Source: Phoronis australis (Eukaryota > Animalia > Phoronida). Taken from it: a stretch of DNA of 42,311 nt. The notes below the pieces were generated by a model that saw nothing but the letters and a program-made list of their open reading frames with translations, had not been told where the DNA came from and ran no database searches. A program made the translations under genes and the position numbers. The stretch spans positions 230,944 through 273,254 of the forward strand of contig NMRA01000566.1 of assembly GCA_002633005.1 (NCBI GenBank), written 5' to 3'. The stretch's first letter is position 1. Every line of letters begins with the position of its first letter. Positions 12,885 to 24,727 of the stretch are shown here, piece by piece.

Positions 12885-13140
12885 TGGATGGAATAGACGT
12901 CTTTGATTTATTGGCTTTGACCAGAGCTATGAAATGGGCAAATTCCAGTGGTTTTTTGTTACAAGCCGTCAACGCTGGCGGCCACTATTCTTTGAAATCA
13001 AGGCTACTTTACCACTTACCAGGCTTAAAGAACTGCCATTCACCAATCACGAGTGGGTTGAGTGCGACTGATTTTCTGAGATGACTCAGCTCGGAACCCC
13101 AAGCAACCCCGCAGTCTCGATCTAACGCTCTGCTAGGTAC
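12885..13140 (-). mobile_element. Possible decayed tRNA-derived SINE
   Basis: The minus strand begins with degenerate A/B-box-like motifs (tagcagagcgttag ... ggttccgagc) followed by a body of about 200 bp. Weak evidence. Confidence 0.25.
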
Positions 13141-13470
13141 AGTTACATGTAAGTGGTCGAGACGGACGTATCTAAGTGTAAAAAAATAATCTTCGGTTTC
13201 TGTCATTTTCTTAAGATATTGGAAAGAGAATTTTGTATTCAAATAAAACTTTTATTAAATAATGGTAATTTAGATGAATACCAGGAGATACTGGTTAACC
13301 AAAATTTTTTCCGGACAACATCCTACTAAGAGTGAGTAGTGGGTAGGTATGTTGAGGGGGAGCGGGTGCGTGTGTTAAGAGTGAGAATGGTGTGCTTCTT
13401 GTCTTTCATGTCTTTGTATTAGTGTTCTTTATACCAATAAGAAATAAACAAATTTAAAAAACATAAAATA
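13140..13470 (+). mobile_element. 3' end of a Tx1/L1-like LINE
   Basis: Remnant peptide CKKIIFGFCHFLKILEREFCIQIKLLLNNGNLDEY resembles an ORF2 C-terminus. It is followed by a GT-rich UTR, AATAAA and an A-rich tail at about 13443-13470. Confidence 0.4.
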
Positions 13471-14438
13471 CACACGTGACTGAAAATAATTTGTCATCAA
13501 AACGAAGGTGCGACAAGCATGCATGTACTTTCTGGGAGTCTTCAAATCCCTTCTTTCGGAAAATACAGTTCTTCAAACGTTACACGCTGCCAGCCCCTGA
13601 CAGAACAACGTCCAGTGATACTTTGTTACATAGTTTGGTAGGTCATTTGCCTCCCCAGCGTCTTCTTCACCGTGACTTTAACTTTCCTTCAGATAAATAC
13701 ATCTCTAGTAAGGCTCAGTTCATTTCGCATTGTTCAGTTTTGTTTGTTTTCGACAATGCATGAACAGTATTCCTCGCACAACAGAATCAGTACAAACTGC
13801 GTAATAAATTTCTGTGAACTGCGGTAAAACGGTAGCTGAATCTCAAAATATATCTACGTTTTAAACAGACTTCTGAATACGTCATGATTTTATTCTGATA
13901 TTGATACCGAACGCGCTGCAGAAACAGGAAATAAAGCAACATAATAGAATTTTAATGAGTGTAACCAAAATATTAAATTAATTCTTTAGGTAAAAATGCG
14001 TGAACAGCTTTTCATCACCAGGTGTTCCGGTCGTTGTAGTCTGTCAAAATTGTCTCGTTCCTGCTGCTTCAAGTTTCTTGCACTGCACTACATGTATGTG
14101 TGCGTACAGGGTGTTTCGAAACTCTGGGACACCCCATTCGCTATCATATCGGCAACTACCTGTATGCACGTCTGTCGTAGACCAAAGGAAACGGAAGTTT
14201 TTAATTGTAAGTTAATATTTAAAGGTTTTATGTTAATACTTAACCCAGAGTCTGAGAAACAGGATGACTGACCGCCAGTTGTGTACTGGATCATCCTATC
14301 ACTGTTACACATACATGTACATTCACAAGGGCAAAAGCATTCATTTAGTCCGAGTTGTGACACAATGTCACCAAGCCGAGAAGAAGAGTCTTTTTGTATT
14401 TAACATATAAGGCCTGGTACGTTTGTCAATTGATCACA
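13471..14438 (+). repeat. Interspersed ~1-kb repeat, copy 1 (copy 2 at 32464-33510)
   Basis: Colinear, diverged similarity from cacacgtgactgaaaataattt through taggtcatttgcctc and ctcgttcctgctgcttcaagtttcttgca to taacatata.ggcctg. Confidence 0.9.
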
Positions 14439-14440
14439 AT

Positions 14441-15155
14441 AGACCCTATTCACGCGGCGGCCATTAAGATCCAAAGCGAGGCTCACTGCGATAAACATTA
14501 AGCGAAAGTACACATTGCGTGAGTTAAATAGCCGATCTTTCGAGTCCAACCTGGATATTAAATTTTAATGATGTGTCGACAATTAACCACAGAGACGTAG
14601 AAAATTACATTAGAGAACAAGTTAAGGCGCCAAAGAGTTGTCTGACGAAAGGGTTTAATTTTTTTTCGGAAAACTAGGTTCGAAACATGAAAGTAAATAT
14701 GACAAAATTGCGGCGATCGTAGTGTTACGGATTAGGTATTATGCTGAATGCAGGGTTACGTCTTTTCTTGTAAATTGTTGATCAAAATACTTTCTACGCG
14801 GACCAGGTCATCTGCTCGTATTGTTGACGAGTTGAAGACATATTCGACAGTGGTGTCTGTCATGTGCAATTAGTCACATCTGGTTTAATTTGTTGATCAA
14901 GAATATTAACATCAAGCATAGCCTGATCCTATGCACTCACTGGGACTAACAGTTAATTTGTCATTGGTCNCGACCCAACGCTTCTGAATCTCAACGTCTT
15001 TAGAGATTGTGAAGCAGACAGTTGCGTGTCCGTATTTTTTCTAGCCGTTCGCGGAACAACTCGGTCTGAAACACAGAACTATGTCGATAAGCTAACAGAG
15101 CTATCGTAGCGAGCCTCGTTTAGGAATGCGCCTCCTGTCGGCGTGAATAGGGTCT
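14441..15155. mobile_element. Internally deleted ISL2EU-like (PIF/Harbinger-related) element
   Basis: Perfect 15-bp TIRs AGACCCTATTCACGC / GCGTGAATAGGGTCT flanked by AT on both sides. Plus-strand remnant DVENYIREQVKAPKSCLTKGFNFFSEN*VRNM resembles the N-terminus of YqaJ-type ORFs. Minus-strand remnant VCFTISKDVEIQKRWV is THAP-like. Confidence 0.75.
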
Positions 15156-15287
15156 ATGAGGCTATTCGGAGAATTCTCCTCGCGGTGTCGCTGCTGTATT
15201 AGTGGTGATTAAATTGCGCATGCGTGGCTGTCTGCATGTAAACAACTGGTAAAAGATGCAATTTTTATCAAAATACGTCGTGGCGCT

Positions 15288-16190
15288 AAGCCTCATTACT
15301 GCTAATTTCTCTGGTGCAAGTCTTCGACAGGGGGCCACGAATTCCCAAAAGACCTAAGGTTACTATATTCGTGGACAATTGCGGTCAACAGGGTCAACTA
15401 ACTGACAAAAAGCGTGTGGATGCTGAAGCCCCGTGTGTGCTCTATGTCATGACTATGCAGTTCCATTCGGAGACTACACAACATTACTTGGTAAGTTTTT
15501 AGCAATCAGTTTCTATCAACATCGTTCGGTGATGTTATCCCCACCAGTTACCCCACTGAATAACAGTTTCATTGAGTGAAACTAAGTGTTTCTTTTTGGA
15601 AACTCACCCGATGCCGGGTAGGCTAGCAGCACATATGATATTGTCCTGGGTGGGAGTGCTCCCAAAATAAGAGGTGTATGGTACGTGATGCACAGAAGTC
15701 AAGAGTGACTTTTTCACAGCAGTTTCTCTTCAAAACTGTTTCCAATAAAATTCTCTAGATGAGTGAGTTTCCTTATTTTATTGTGGTCCCCACCCCCAGG
15801 ATTACCAGCTCAGTTATCGAATTAACATGAATAAGCCTTAATTCAGTAAATGTCGTAACATTGCATTGGAAAAAAATGACACCTAGAATGAATTTTACTT
15901 GTTGAGATCAGAAGCACATTTTAAGTGTCATAAAAAATACACATTGTTAAATTACTTTTAGTCTGTTTCACATATATTAATTCAGATATTAAATAAGACT
16001 TGGGTACAAAGGCTATTTGTTTTTACACATAAACATGAAGATGAAATGTCAAGTATGTTCTGCCTTACAAAAGTAGTTTTGTCTTGTCTTTTCTTTTACA
16101 ATTTGCTAATATTTCTATTCTGTTACAGGCAAGAAAGAACAACTGAAACCAACCACCTGACCATCTATTTCACCGTTGGACAAAGTGAAA
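15288..16190 (+). pseudogene. Spliced THAP-domain pseudogene (transposase N-terminus); exons 15288-15490 and 16129-~16190
   Basis: KPHYC*FLWCKSSTGGHEFPKDLRLLYSWTIAVNRVN*LTKSVWMLKPRVCS...DYTTLLG|gtaagt. After the ctgttacag acceptor: GKKEQLKPTT*PSISP, a degenerate LKPxAVPSIF box. Contains stops and a lost start codon. Confidence 0.75.
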
Positions 16191-16660
16191 AGCAATCCTT
16201 CAGCAATAACCTGATACAACTGAACGTAATTCAGAAATTCAGTACCTGATATACCTGATTATGGACTCCCTCGCAATGTTGTTTGTTTCTGTGCTTTTTC
16301 AGTTTGCCATTTGTTTTTAAATACACTGATAATTGTTTATTCTCGAATCTTGTGCATAGCAGATTCTTATCCAGCTAGCTACAATTGAAAACATACAATA
16401 AGACAATCAATGCAGTCACTGAATGTCATTTCCCCCCATAATCTGTACCAAATTGAAAAGTTTTTACCAATAGTATAAAGCCTTTCTTTTGAAAGCAAAA
16501 TTTAATGTCACTCAGCTTTTGGCTTTCATTTCACTGGGTTCTAGTTTCAATGGCCTATAGAAGCGCTTGTAAAAAAGGTCCAGTTTCAACACGTGGCTTT
16601 CTTTCATGTAACCTTATTCAGCCTCAATAACATCCACAATTAGACCCTTGAAGGTAAACA

Positions 16661-16831
16661 CAGCAGCATGTTTAGAGGGGGCGGGGCTAAGGCGGCCATG
16701 CCCCCACCCCCATAAAGTTGTCTCAAATTCCATTTGACAGTTCGAGAGTACCAATGTCTGACCGGCAAAATCTTGGCTAATACTCTGTCCTGCCCCCNNN
16801 NNCCCAACTCAAACTCCTGGACCTGCCCCTG
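16661..16831. mobile_element. Short hAT-like MITE remnant
   Basis: CAG...CTG termini (cagcagcatgtttagaggggg ... tcctggacctgcccctg) with G and C runs typical of small hAT derivatives. No TSD visible. Confidence 0.35.
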
Positions 16832-17289
16832 ATATCCTGAATGTCGTACCAATGTCTGTAAGAGCATACAAATTATTCTACAAACGTTCTCAGCTTCTGA
16901 TCGCCTCCAAATCCCGGCCAATAGAAATACACTACAGGGGACTAGGAATTCCACGGGTGCTTCACTTCAGCCGACCATATCAAACACAAAACTCAATTAA
17001 TGTACGAGTAATTGTTATTTCTTCTGACAGTCCTTCATGGACCGTAACCCCGCTTTTGTGTTTGGTGAAACATGTTTTTTGAAATGTGTCGAACAAAGAG
17101 AGGCTCACCAATGAACTATCGCATGTTCCACACTGACACTGACACCCTCGCGCACAAACCGTTAAAACATTTTTGTCCCACCCTTGTGACCAAACCTCTT
17201 CCACCCATTACATCATTTGGCTTTGCGTTTTAGTAATGTCGTGACACTTATAGCGATGAAACATCATATTTAATAGGACTTCAAGCCTT

Positions 17290-20260
17290 CGTTTGTCTAA
17301 CTGTTACTTTACGTTTAGTTGTAAGAGTCTTCTGTAGCTCTACATGTATGTGGATTTTTGTGACGTCATCTCTGGTAGACGCTCTGCGTCTACACTCAGT
17401 CTTCCTTGACAAACTCTTTACATAATTTTTACGAAATTCATGTGGTTGGCATTTTCTTCCATGGATATTAGGAGGCACTAAATATTTTTTTGTGTCGCGG
17501 TTCAGTTTGCCTGCCTCTTCTTCATATAAAGGCACTTGCTGGGTTTGTTGGGTATATCAGTGAAAGATTGTCAGTTGACCCGTGGACTCACTTTTTGCTC
17601 AGCTTTTCTTAAAGGAGAATGCCACCCGATTTAATTAGTCTTATTTACCTCTTCATCGGTCTATATTCACATCGCCTCTTATACGGTCGACCTCACCTTG
17701 CCGAGAGGTGTCGTGTTAACCTGTGAGGAAGGTGAGAAACGACGCAGCGACGTCAGTGGTTCGTCTGCAGAGTGAATTCCGCTATATTGCGGTGCATCGT
17801 TCCCCCTTGTCCGAACTATGAAGCTGCAAAGAAAGCGGGTATGTCGTTTTTTCGACTTCCTCGAGAGCCCGAAATGCCTAGGAAGTGGCTCGCGCTAGTG
17901 AAGAATGAAAGGTACGCGGTTAATAGTAAGTAGGAGACCCTGAAACATCTCCGTGTCTGCGTTGGCATTTTGTCGACAGTGATTTCCCTGACGAATTCCC
18001 GCTTACCGAACGACTATCCATACGTTCCGTTGCCTGTGCATGTTTATGGCGCCTCTCTAGTATTTGTTGATCAGTTTATTCCGGTTCGAATTGATAGCCT
18101 GTGAAACCTAACGTTATGACCCGGGAAGTCTTCGTCGGATGAGTTCTTGACTAACTAAGTCTGGATTGGCGCTGGGCGAGTTGCCATATAGACTCTTATT
18201 ATTCTTCATTCTGTTTCAAAATGAATTGTTCTCATCCTAACCAATGCTTATATCAAACTGAAGCAAACTCTGTCTCATTAGATACAATTTGTAATGATTT
18301 TGCAGTATTCGTGAGTGCAAATGTTGAGAACCCCGCAATGAATAAACTACTGCGTAATTGACAGGGCATCGAGGCTGTGTGAGCGCATGTGTTTGCTGAC
18401 AGAAAGCTGTTGTGAAACAATTACTCGATTTTATATGCTATGGTCACATGTTAGGGGAATTTTTATTTTCAAATACAAATACATAATTAAAATCATTGTT
18501 ATTGTACAACCTTTGCCCGGACAGTATGTGGAAGGGCAATCCGACTTCGCAGCGCCCGACGAGTAAGTAGATTTTCAGTTTCGTGGCTAATTCCCATATA
18601 TAATTACGTGTACATTATTTCTCTGACTCACTTTTACAGTCTTTTATTGACTGGAGGTTTAGTTTCCAGCTCAAGCTCGTTTTTGTTCGTGCCAGTCCCG
18701 GTGGCCGCGACGGGCCTTATCGGGTTCCGAGCCACTGGCCAGGATAAAAAGCGTTTTGTATGTTTATAACTCAGAATATCACAAGTCTAAACAACAGAGT
18801 TCTAGGTTCTCTTGTCTGTATTTCACGGAAGAATACTTCGAAATTATCTCCCAACAGACCCCTAACTCCTGCTACGGACCTTGGTAAATTGGCCTGCCGA
18901 ACTTTGTAGGCTACGGTGTATCCAAATACCAATAAATCCGTTTCAGCGAAATAAAACAACACGTTTTTATAAGAACTCGGAGTATTTTTAAGGGTTTTAC
19001 ATCGAAGTTTGATGATTTATTGGTGTTAAACCAGTAACTCGTGTTGTGAACTGCTGAACATACTGCGTGTGAAACGTATGACGTCATTGGATAATTTCAA
19101 CATCTCCGTCTGCCGTCAGGTGTCAGGTAATGCAACAGAACGTGTCGTTATCTAGTGGAACTACTCGATCTAAATTGATACAAAATAGATTGTTTTGGGG
19201 TGGCATTCTCCTTTAAACCATCACTAATTGCAAACGGGAAGTTGAAATTTAGCAAGAAATTCATGTGCCAAACAGACTATTATGATTTCTGTAATCTGAA
19301 GAGTTTTGGCAGCTTGAATGAACTGTTTCTCAGTTCGTAGAAATCGCATGCAAATGATGGCTTTGTGGAGAAAACTGCTGATTCGGCGTATTTTGTTCGT
19401 TTTTTCGAATAGCAAGATATACTTCCTGTCATCGTGAAATGTTTTAAATTGACTTTGGAATCACTTTCAATATATTCTGTGCAAGATTTTTAGTCTTTGG
19501 CCCATTATACTCTTCAAATTTTCAAGTTTTGTACATCCAAAAACTGTTTGAGCTGACACCAAATCTGCAACAATTGTTGAGTGCCACCTTATTTAAAGTT
19601 CCTCTTAAACACTTACGTCTAGAATGTCTAATGATGTAACAGCTGTTTAGTATGCAATACGACCATGCATCCAGCTATTGGAGCATTGTGTGCTTGTTTC
19701 TAATGGATTGCCCCTTGATAGCGTTCAGACTATTATTCAAAAAGTTAAATTACCTGACTTCAGAAATAAACGATACTCTACGGATCATCTATCCACTCTC
19801 ATTGTTGTAGGCTATCTCGTTCTGTTGCATTAACAGATACAATTTTGGAAGTCCAATAGCAAAACACTCGTCCACGCCGCCTTTCTGGTTTCCACAAAAG
19901 CATACAGTACATGTACCACATCCTCAAGTGTTATAGTAGTCGCAGTGATGTGGTTTCGACAGGGTCAGCCATACATACAGTGTAGTATCTGGCTACTCAA
20001 GTTACGCATTTTGAAGGAACGTTTTAATTGTTTACTTGTTTCAGTGAAACTTATCTGAAATTGGAATTAAATGGTGTCCCAAGCAATGTGTTCTCTTGCC
20101 ATGTTTATCTATTTTTTAACAATGACAGGGTATTTTTCCAAAGGTGTCTCTCAGTAAGGAAATGTAGCCCAGGTCAGATTGAAAATACACGGCAACACGT
20201 GGACGTTCATGTTTTTACTGTTACTGAGTTTGTAGCTCGAATCTTGGGGTCATTAAGTGC
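17290..20260 (-). pseudogene. Heavily decayed MULE/Mutator-like transposase relic, interrupted by the Kolobok element
   Basis: Fragments in the expected order on the minus strand: ATFPY/ERHLWKN (CxxH-like, ~20131-20170), VNATE (NxxES-like, ~19820), SFISEVR, NAIKGQ, and SWIM-like SCQNSSDYRNHN/VCLAH (~19260-19320). WFKKS is restored across the TTAA insertion site. Many frameshifts are required. Confidence 0.35.
17613..19212 (+). mobile_element. Kolobok-type DNA transposon derivative (1.6 kb) carrying a THAP remnant
   Basis: TTAA at 17609-17612 and 19213-19216, with perfect 15-bp TIRs AGGAGAATGCCACCC / GGGTGGCATTCTCCT. THAP remnant at 17784-17990: ILRCIVPPCPNYEAAKKAGMSFFRLPREPEMPRKWLALVKNER...HLRVC/HFVDSDF. 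Confidence 0.9.
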
Positions 20261-21071
20261 GAACGTCGAATGGAAACTTACATGTATCTGCGTAAACCAT
20301 AATGGACTCGAGCATAGAATGATAGACACTCATCATGTTTTCGTATCATATTTATTTACAAAGCCAAATATCAAAAGTAATTTCAAGTTTCAGATTTCGA
20401 GCACACAGATTAGACCCAGGACATTAATGCCGATAAACGAGTTTCTCGTGAAACCCGTTTTGTGACTATTAGGATTGACAGAGTTTCAAGGCTCGGGTAC
20501 AAACTGAAATGTAAGAACCATGTATCTGTGTGTGTATGCATTTTTGTTGCTTATATGATGGGATGTCTTCATAGCCGAACGGTAACTAAGGGCTCAATTG
20601 TCTAAATCCCCTTACAATACAAGCGAAGCGCGTGAACACGCCGGAGGGGTGTCCTTCAGGTCTACAAAACGATGCATTGGATTGCGCCTACGTCCACAAT
20701 GTGTACTGTTTCCGCTGCACCAACCAAGACTTCTCGCCCCTGCTACGGACTGCTATTCTAAATTCACATTCCTGTTAATGATTTTTACATGAAGTATCTA
20801 TTTTACTGTGAATCGCACAACAGCAACACGCGACAAGAAAAGCCAACTAACTCTGCTGGCATTACTTGGGCTGCGTTCCGTAGACCAAGGTTTTTGCAAA
20901 ACCTAAAATTAATCACATTGTCTGTGACTTGAATTGATGATAGAATTAAAATCGCTAGTGAATATTGTGATACTGGTTTTATGAAGGTAAAATATACGAT
21001 TCAATTTTTCTGCCAGTTAGACAAAGAAGGCGAACACCGGCTGCAATTGAGGAAAAATTGGGAAAAATCAA

Positions 21072-22615
21072 GATGTCACACAAGACACTTCTGATTTGTA
21101 AAGAAAATCAACAGGTCGCTACTGTGTTGTCACCCACGTAGTTCTGGCAGTCAGTATGTGGCAGCCTGTACTGGTTCACTGTTATGGCAAGGCAGTGGTT
21201 TTTGTATTCTTTCTCCTTCTTGTACATCTAGCCAGCTGCGCTGGCGATAGTTACGCTTGTAGAAGACGAAACAAAAACTTTGAATCGACGAAGCCCAAAA
21301 TTCCATAAAATCCGGTGTCTTCTGTCTTGGTTTGGACGTTTGTGGTATGCATGACCATATATGGTAATTTGAAAAGCTCGAACAGTATTGTGAATAGTTA
21401 CGTTTATTTTTTTGTCGTTCTTGTACTCTTTTTTGTTTCAAAAACACGAAGTTGTTAGGAATACATCGATTTAGTCTGTTTTTGTGATAGGAGCAAATGC
21501 AACCAACAAAGAGACAAACGCAAAAATACTATTAGGAAGCACAGTGGTAGACAAAACGTTTGTGCTTCTATTCGGATTCGTGTATGGGCCTATGCAGAGG
21601 ACATTATCTGTGCTAAAGGTAGGCGCATCCAACAATATATGAGTCACTTGGCTGAGAAGGGCCGCGAAATAACGAATTATATAGGATATACAGGTCTACG
21701 AGCAGTGATGTAGTGGTAAAATTAGAGGTAAGTAGGCGCCCAAAACCCACCTTATCACATTGAGCACTGAACGTAACTTACGGTGCGTAGGCGCTACGTT
21801 CGAATGCCAAAAGGTGGTTGGCTGCGCCTANCGACAGTACAAATTAACTCAAGCTCCAAGCGGTGCACTGCATGGAAGTGGTTTTTATTATAAGCTGGAC
21901 ATTAGTGAGCATAAATTACAAGTACATGTACGAAGCTCCCTGCAGAGTCTACATGTATGCATGCGGCGTACATTTGATTTGCTTAAAAATAACTAATGTA
22001 GTTTTCCCAAATAGGCAGCTGCAACAGAAGGTAGAAATATTTCATAAGGCACCGTTTTGCTCCATCACTTTGAAGTCCGCATCTTTCCTGCAGGCTTTAC
22101 ACCTGGCCTCTGAAAGGCTAACCCCAAGATCTTACGTCCCGTGTTGTTATTTAAAATTATCTCAATAATAGAGCCAGAGAATCAAAACCCTCAGGCTGAG
22201 TATGACTGTAGATTAAATATTCATTCTATGGTATGAATATGAATGGAAGTTATAGGCTACACTGCAAATTGTACAATAAAATAGATAAACAATTGCGTGT
22301 GCAGGAATGAACTAGTTCTGTTGCAGCTGATTAACTGTAATTAACGTAGGACTATGGTTAACAGATTGTTGAAATGTGCGTCATCAGTTGACAGCAAAAT
22401 GGCACACAAGATCAGTGCGACTGATTGCAGCAGCTCACTGTAGGAAGACTCTCTGGAATGGACTCATCTGAAATTTCTCGGTGCATTGGATCTCTGCGTT
22501 TTTCGACTTTAGCCTTGTCGAAATCATCCGGTAACAGTTGCCTACAAATGTGTTGCACAGTCGTCCCAGATACATGTAGCATAAGACAGTCATAAGAATT
22601 AGAAAACGTCATCTG
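21072..22615 (-). pseudogene. Cystine-knot family paralogue D (pseudogene); N-terminal exon ~22615-22439, knot region ~21360-21072
   Basis: N exon: signal-like RFLILMTVLCYMYLG, then after a frameshift DDFDKAKVEKRRDP and a GTGAGC donor at 22438. Knot region: HIWSCIPQ, FYGILGFVDSK (FVDSK identical to the intact gene, 13/15 nt), RSWLDVQEG, NHCLAITVNQYRLPHTDCQNYVGDNTVATC* and a degenerate terminal CxC. Confidence 0.65.
21702..21871. mobile_element. Short CAGTG...CACTG MITE with TAGGCGC subterminal motifs, within paralogue D's intron
   Basis: gcagtg at the left end and cactgc at the right end, with repeated taggcgc/gcgccta inside. Confidence 0.35.
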
Positions 22616-23324
22616 CTAGCAGAATAAGACTGACACCCACGGTTGAGACAATGGTTGTCGATTTTTAATCATAAAAGGCATACAATAAGAACGTGTTTGA
22701 ATCCAAAACATTGGTCACAGATTTTTTCAGAATGCTTCCAGTGGCCTGGAAAAGATCATCAAATTTCAGAGGATTGAAGTAGCAATTTCTGATAGAACCT
22801 ATGGAATCACAAATATCTACATGATCCTTCTCAGAATTGGCTGAAATTTTACCAGTGGATTCATATCCACCTCAAACGACAACAACCGCCGTAATACATG
22901 TACATTCATTGACCAATCGGTCTATTTTTATACCCTCATGACTATTTTTATTTGAAACGAATGCAAACATTCCACCCCAAAATGACCTCTTTTGGTAACA
23001 TGTAGATTTGACTCTGATATTCCACCCTGTAGGTGTGTATAATGTGCATCCTAAGTCCAAAAATATAATTTTCAACGAAATGAAATTGCCCCCTTCGTGA
23101 GGGCACTCGTTTCGTCGTATCATTTAGTTTAACTCAAATTAAGCTATTAGGAAGGATATAGCAAGCTATAACAAAATGACTCTTGAAATTAGTTGACAAT
23201 GAATACACGTTACCACAATGACACAACAAAGGTCAAAAGTCTGGTCTTTTTGATTTCATTCCTGAAACTCAACTGAAAATGTGCTTTTTGTATTTCAAGT
23301 GTCAAGTACCGCTTGTAATTGCTC

Positions 23325-24063
23325 AGTTATATGAACTACAAACAATGACTGAAAGGATTTAATTGGCAGTAGATGCATTATTTGGCGAGAATTATCTTGT
23401 TTACAGTTTCTTCGCTCTCCGATTGGTTGGTTGCATCAGCGTTGTCATCAGACACATAGTGTAGAGGGTAATTTCAGGAAGTGATTTCCATGGGAGTATG
23501 GATGCTGCAGTGTGCAATTTTAAACGGTATTTTCCACGAAAATGCTTACATGATGAGGTCCTTATTAAAATGGGAAGCTGCTTAAGAAGCGCAGCAGAGC
23601 ATGTACGATCTACGCGTTAAGTTAGTGAGCCAGTTTTTAAATAGAACCCTCCCTAGCCAGAGTGAGATTGTTTGTTATATTGCTCCATGCACGGAAGCAC
23701 AATTTATATCGTTCAATTGCTAAAACGTTTTCTCGCTGAACTTAGTAACTACAAAACTCACAAATAAGAGACGTCGGTTTCATAACCCATACCCAAGTCC
23801 GTTGAAAGGTAAAAGTTAAATGTTTTCTAGTTACACCCTACACTCTGATATTAGGGGCTGATCTGAGTAACACTGAGTTTGTTATTTTGTAATTTGTTGA
23901 AGGGCCAGAAAACGCCCTGACGTAACTTCCACAATCATCACCTCTGTCACTCTTCGCCTTACTGCCCCATCATTACCAATTTGGAGTGTTGTCACCAGAC
24001 TACATAGAAAAATCACTACAGTTAACAGAATTAAGGGAGCGGCTCGCCCAACGCCAAATACAT
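23325..24063 (-). pseudogene. Cystine-knot family paralogue C (pseudogene); N-terminal part 24063-~23890, knot region ~23610-23325
   Basis: Signal peptide plus propeptide RAAPLILLTVVIFLCSLVTTLQIGNDGAVRRR; the ATG at 24063 is one base out of frame. Knot region across frameshifts: RTCSAALLKQLPILIRTSSCKHF / KIPFKIAHCSI / LPWKSLPEITLYTMCLMTTLMQ / RNCKQDNSRQIMHLLPIKSF, matching CYKLRIPFVDSKC and RCDRDADCPWITLPVV of the intact gene. Confidence 0.6.
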
Positions 24064-24459
24064 TCGAATCCACTTAACGTATACAGATCGTGATGTTTGC
24101 ACTGCATCTTTTTTGTAAAATATGCTTTGTGATCACAGCATCTGAGTAGCTAAATAGTGCAAGGTGAACTCAGTAAAAGTACAAAAAGCACTCCATTACG
24201 GCGTTGTCCCGTTGCTCCTACCTTGTTTGATTCTATAGCCCAACAAGTTGGGAAGATGACCCCGGTAGCCAATATCTTACACGACTGATTAACTCCAGTC
24301 TGGCACTTAGCGTTGGGGAGCCAGCTCTCTTTTGTTCGATAATTGCTCTAATCTCCAAAAAGATCCTATCTAGCGTGACTGGGCAGTGCTGTTAAAAATA
24401 AAAGTTTAGCCATAACATATCTGAACATACATGTACATGTAAACCATTAGCATTTCTAA

Positions 24460-24727
24460 ATACTTCGTCAAATGCTGATCATGTTTAGATTTGAATCGCC
24501 AAAATCGCCCAACTACAACCGAAGTTACGACAATCCATTCTTTCCGAACGTACAAATTTGCTTTGGGCTTGACTGTGATCACACCTGCTCTGTAACAAGC
24601 CTGGTAGATAATTGGCTTGCCTGCTGTCATACCAGACAAAAGACTGTGCTTGGCAGTTAACAAAGAAGCTAGATGATATCACACGCTCACAACCCTCTAC
24701 GCATGGAAAAGGAGAGAACGACGTCAT
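24460..24727 (-). pseudogene. Cystine-knot family paralogue B, C-terminal exon (internally deleted pseudogene)
   Basis: After the acceptor ttctctccttttccatgcgtag (exon from 24696): GCERVISSSFFVNCQAQSFVWYDSRQANYLPGLLQSRCDHSQAQSKFVRSERMDCRNFGCSWAILAIQI*, then a degenerate HD-x-I-x in place of HECVC. It aligns to SKCD and SERDVRCDRDADCPWITLPVV of the intact gene, with the C3-C4 segment missing. Confidence 0.7.

Noticed and set aside
16850-17210. Minus-strand FYWPG (integrase zinc-finger-like) and CQCQC peptides
   Set aside because: These are isolated short motifs with no supporting HHCC spacing or neighbouring domains.
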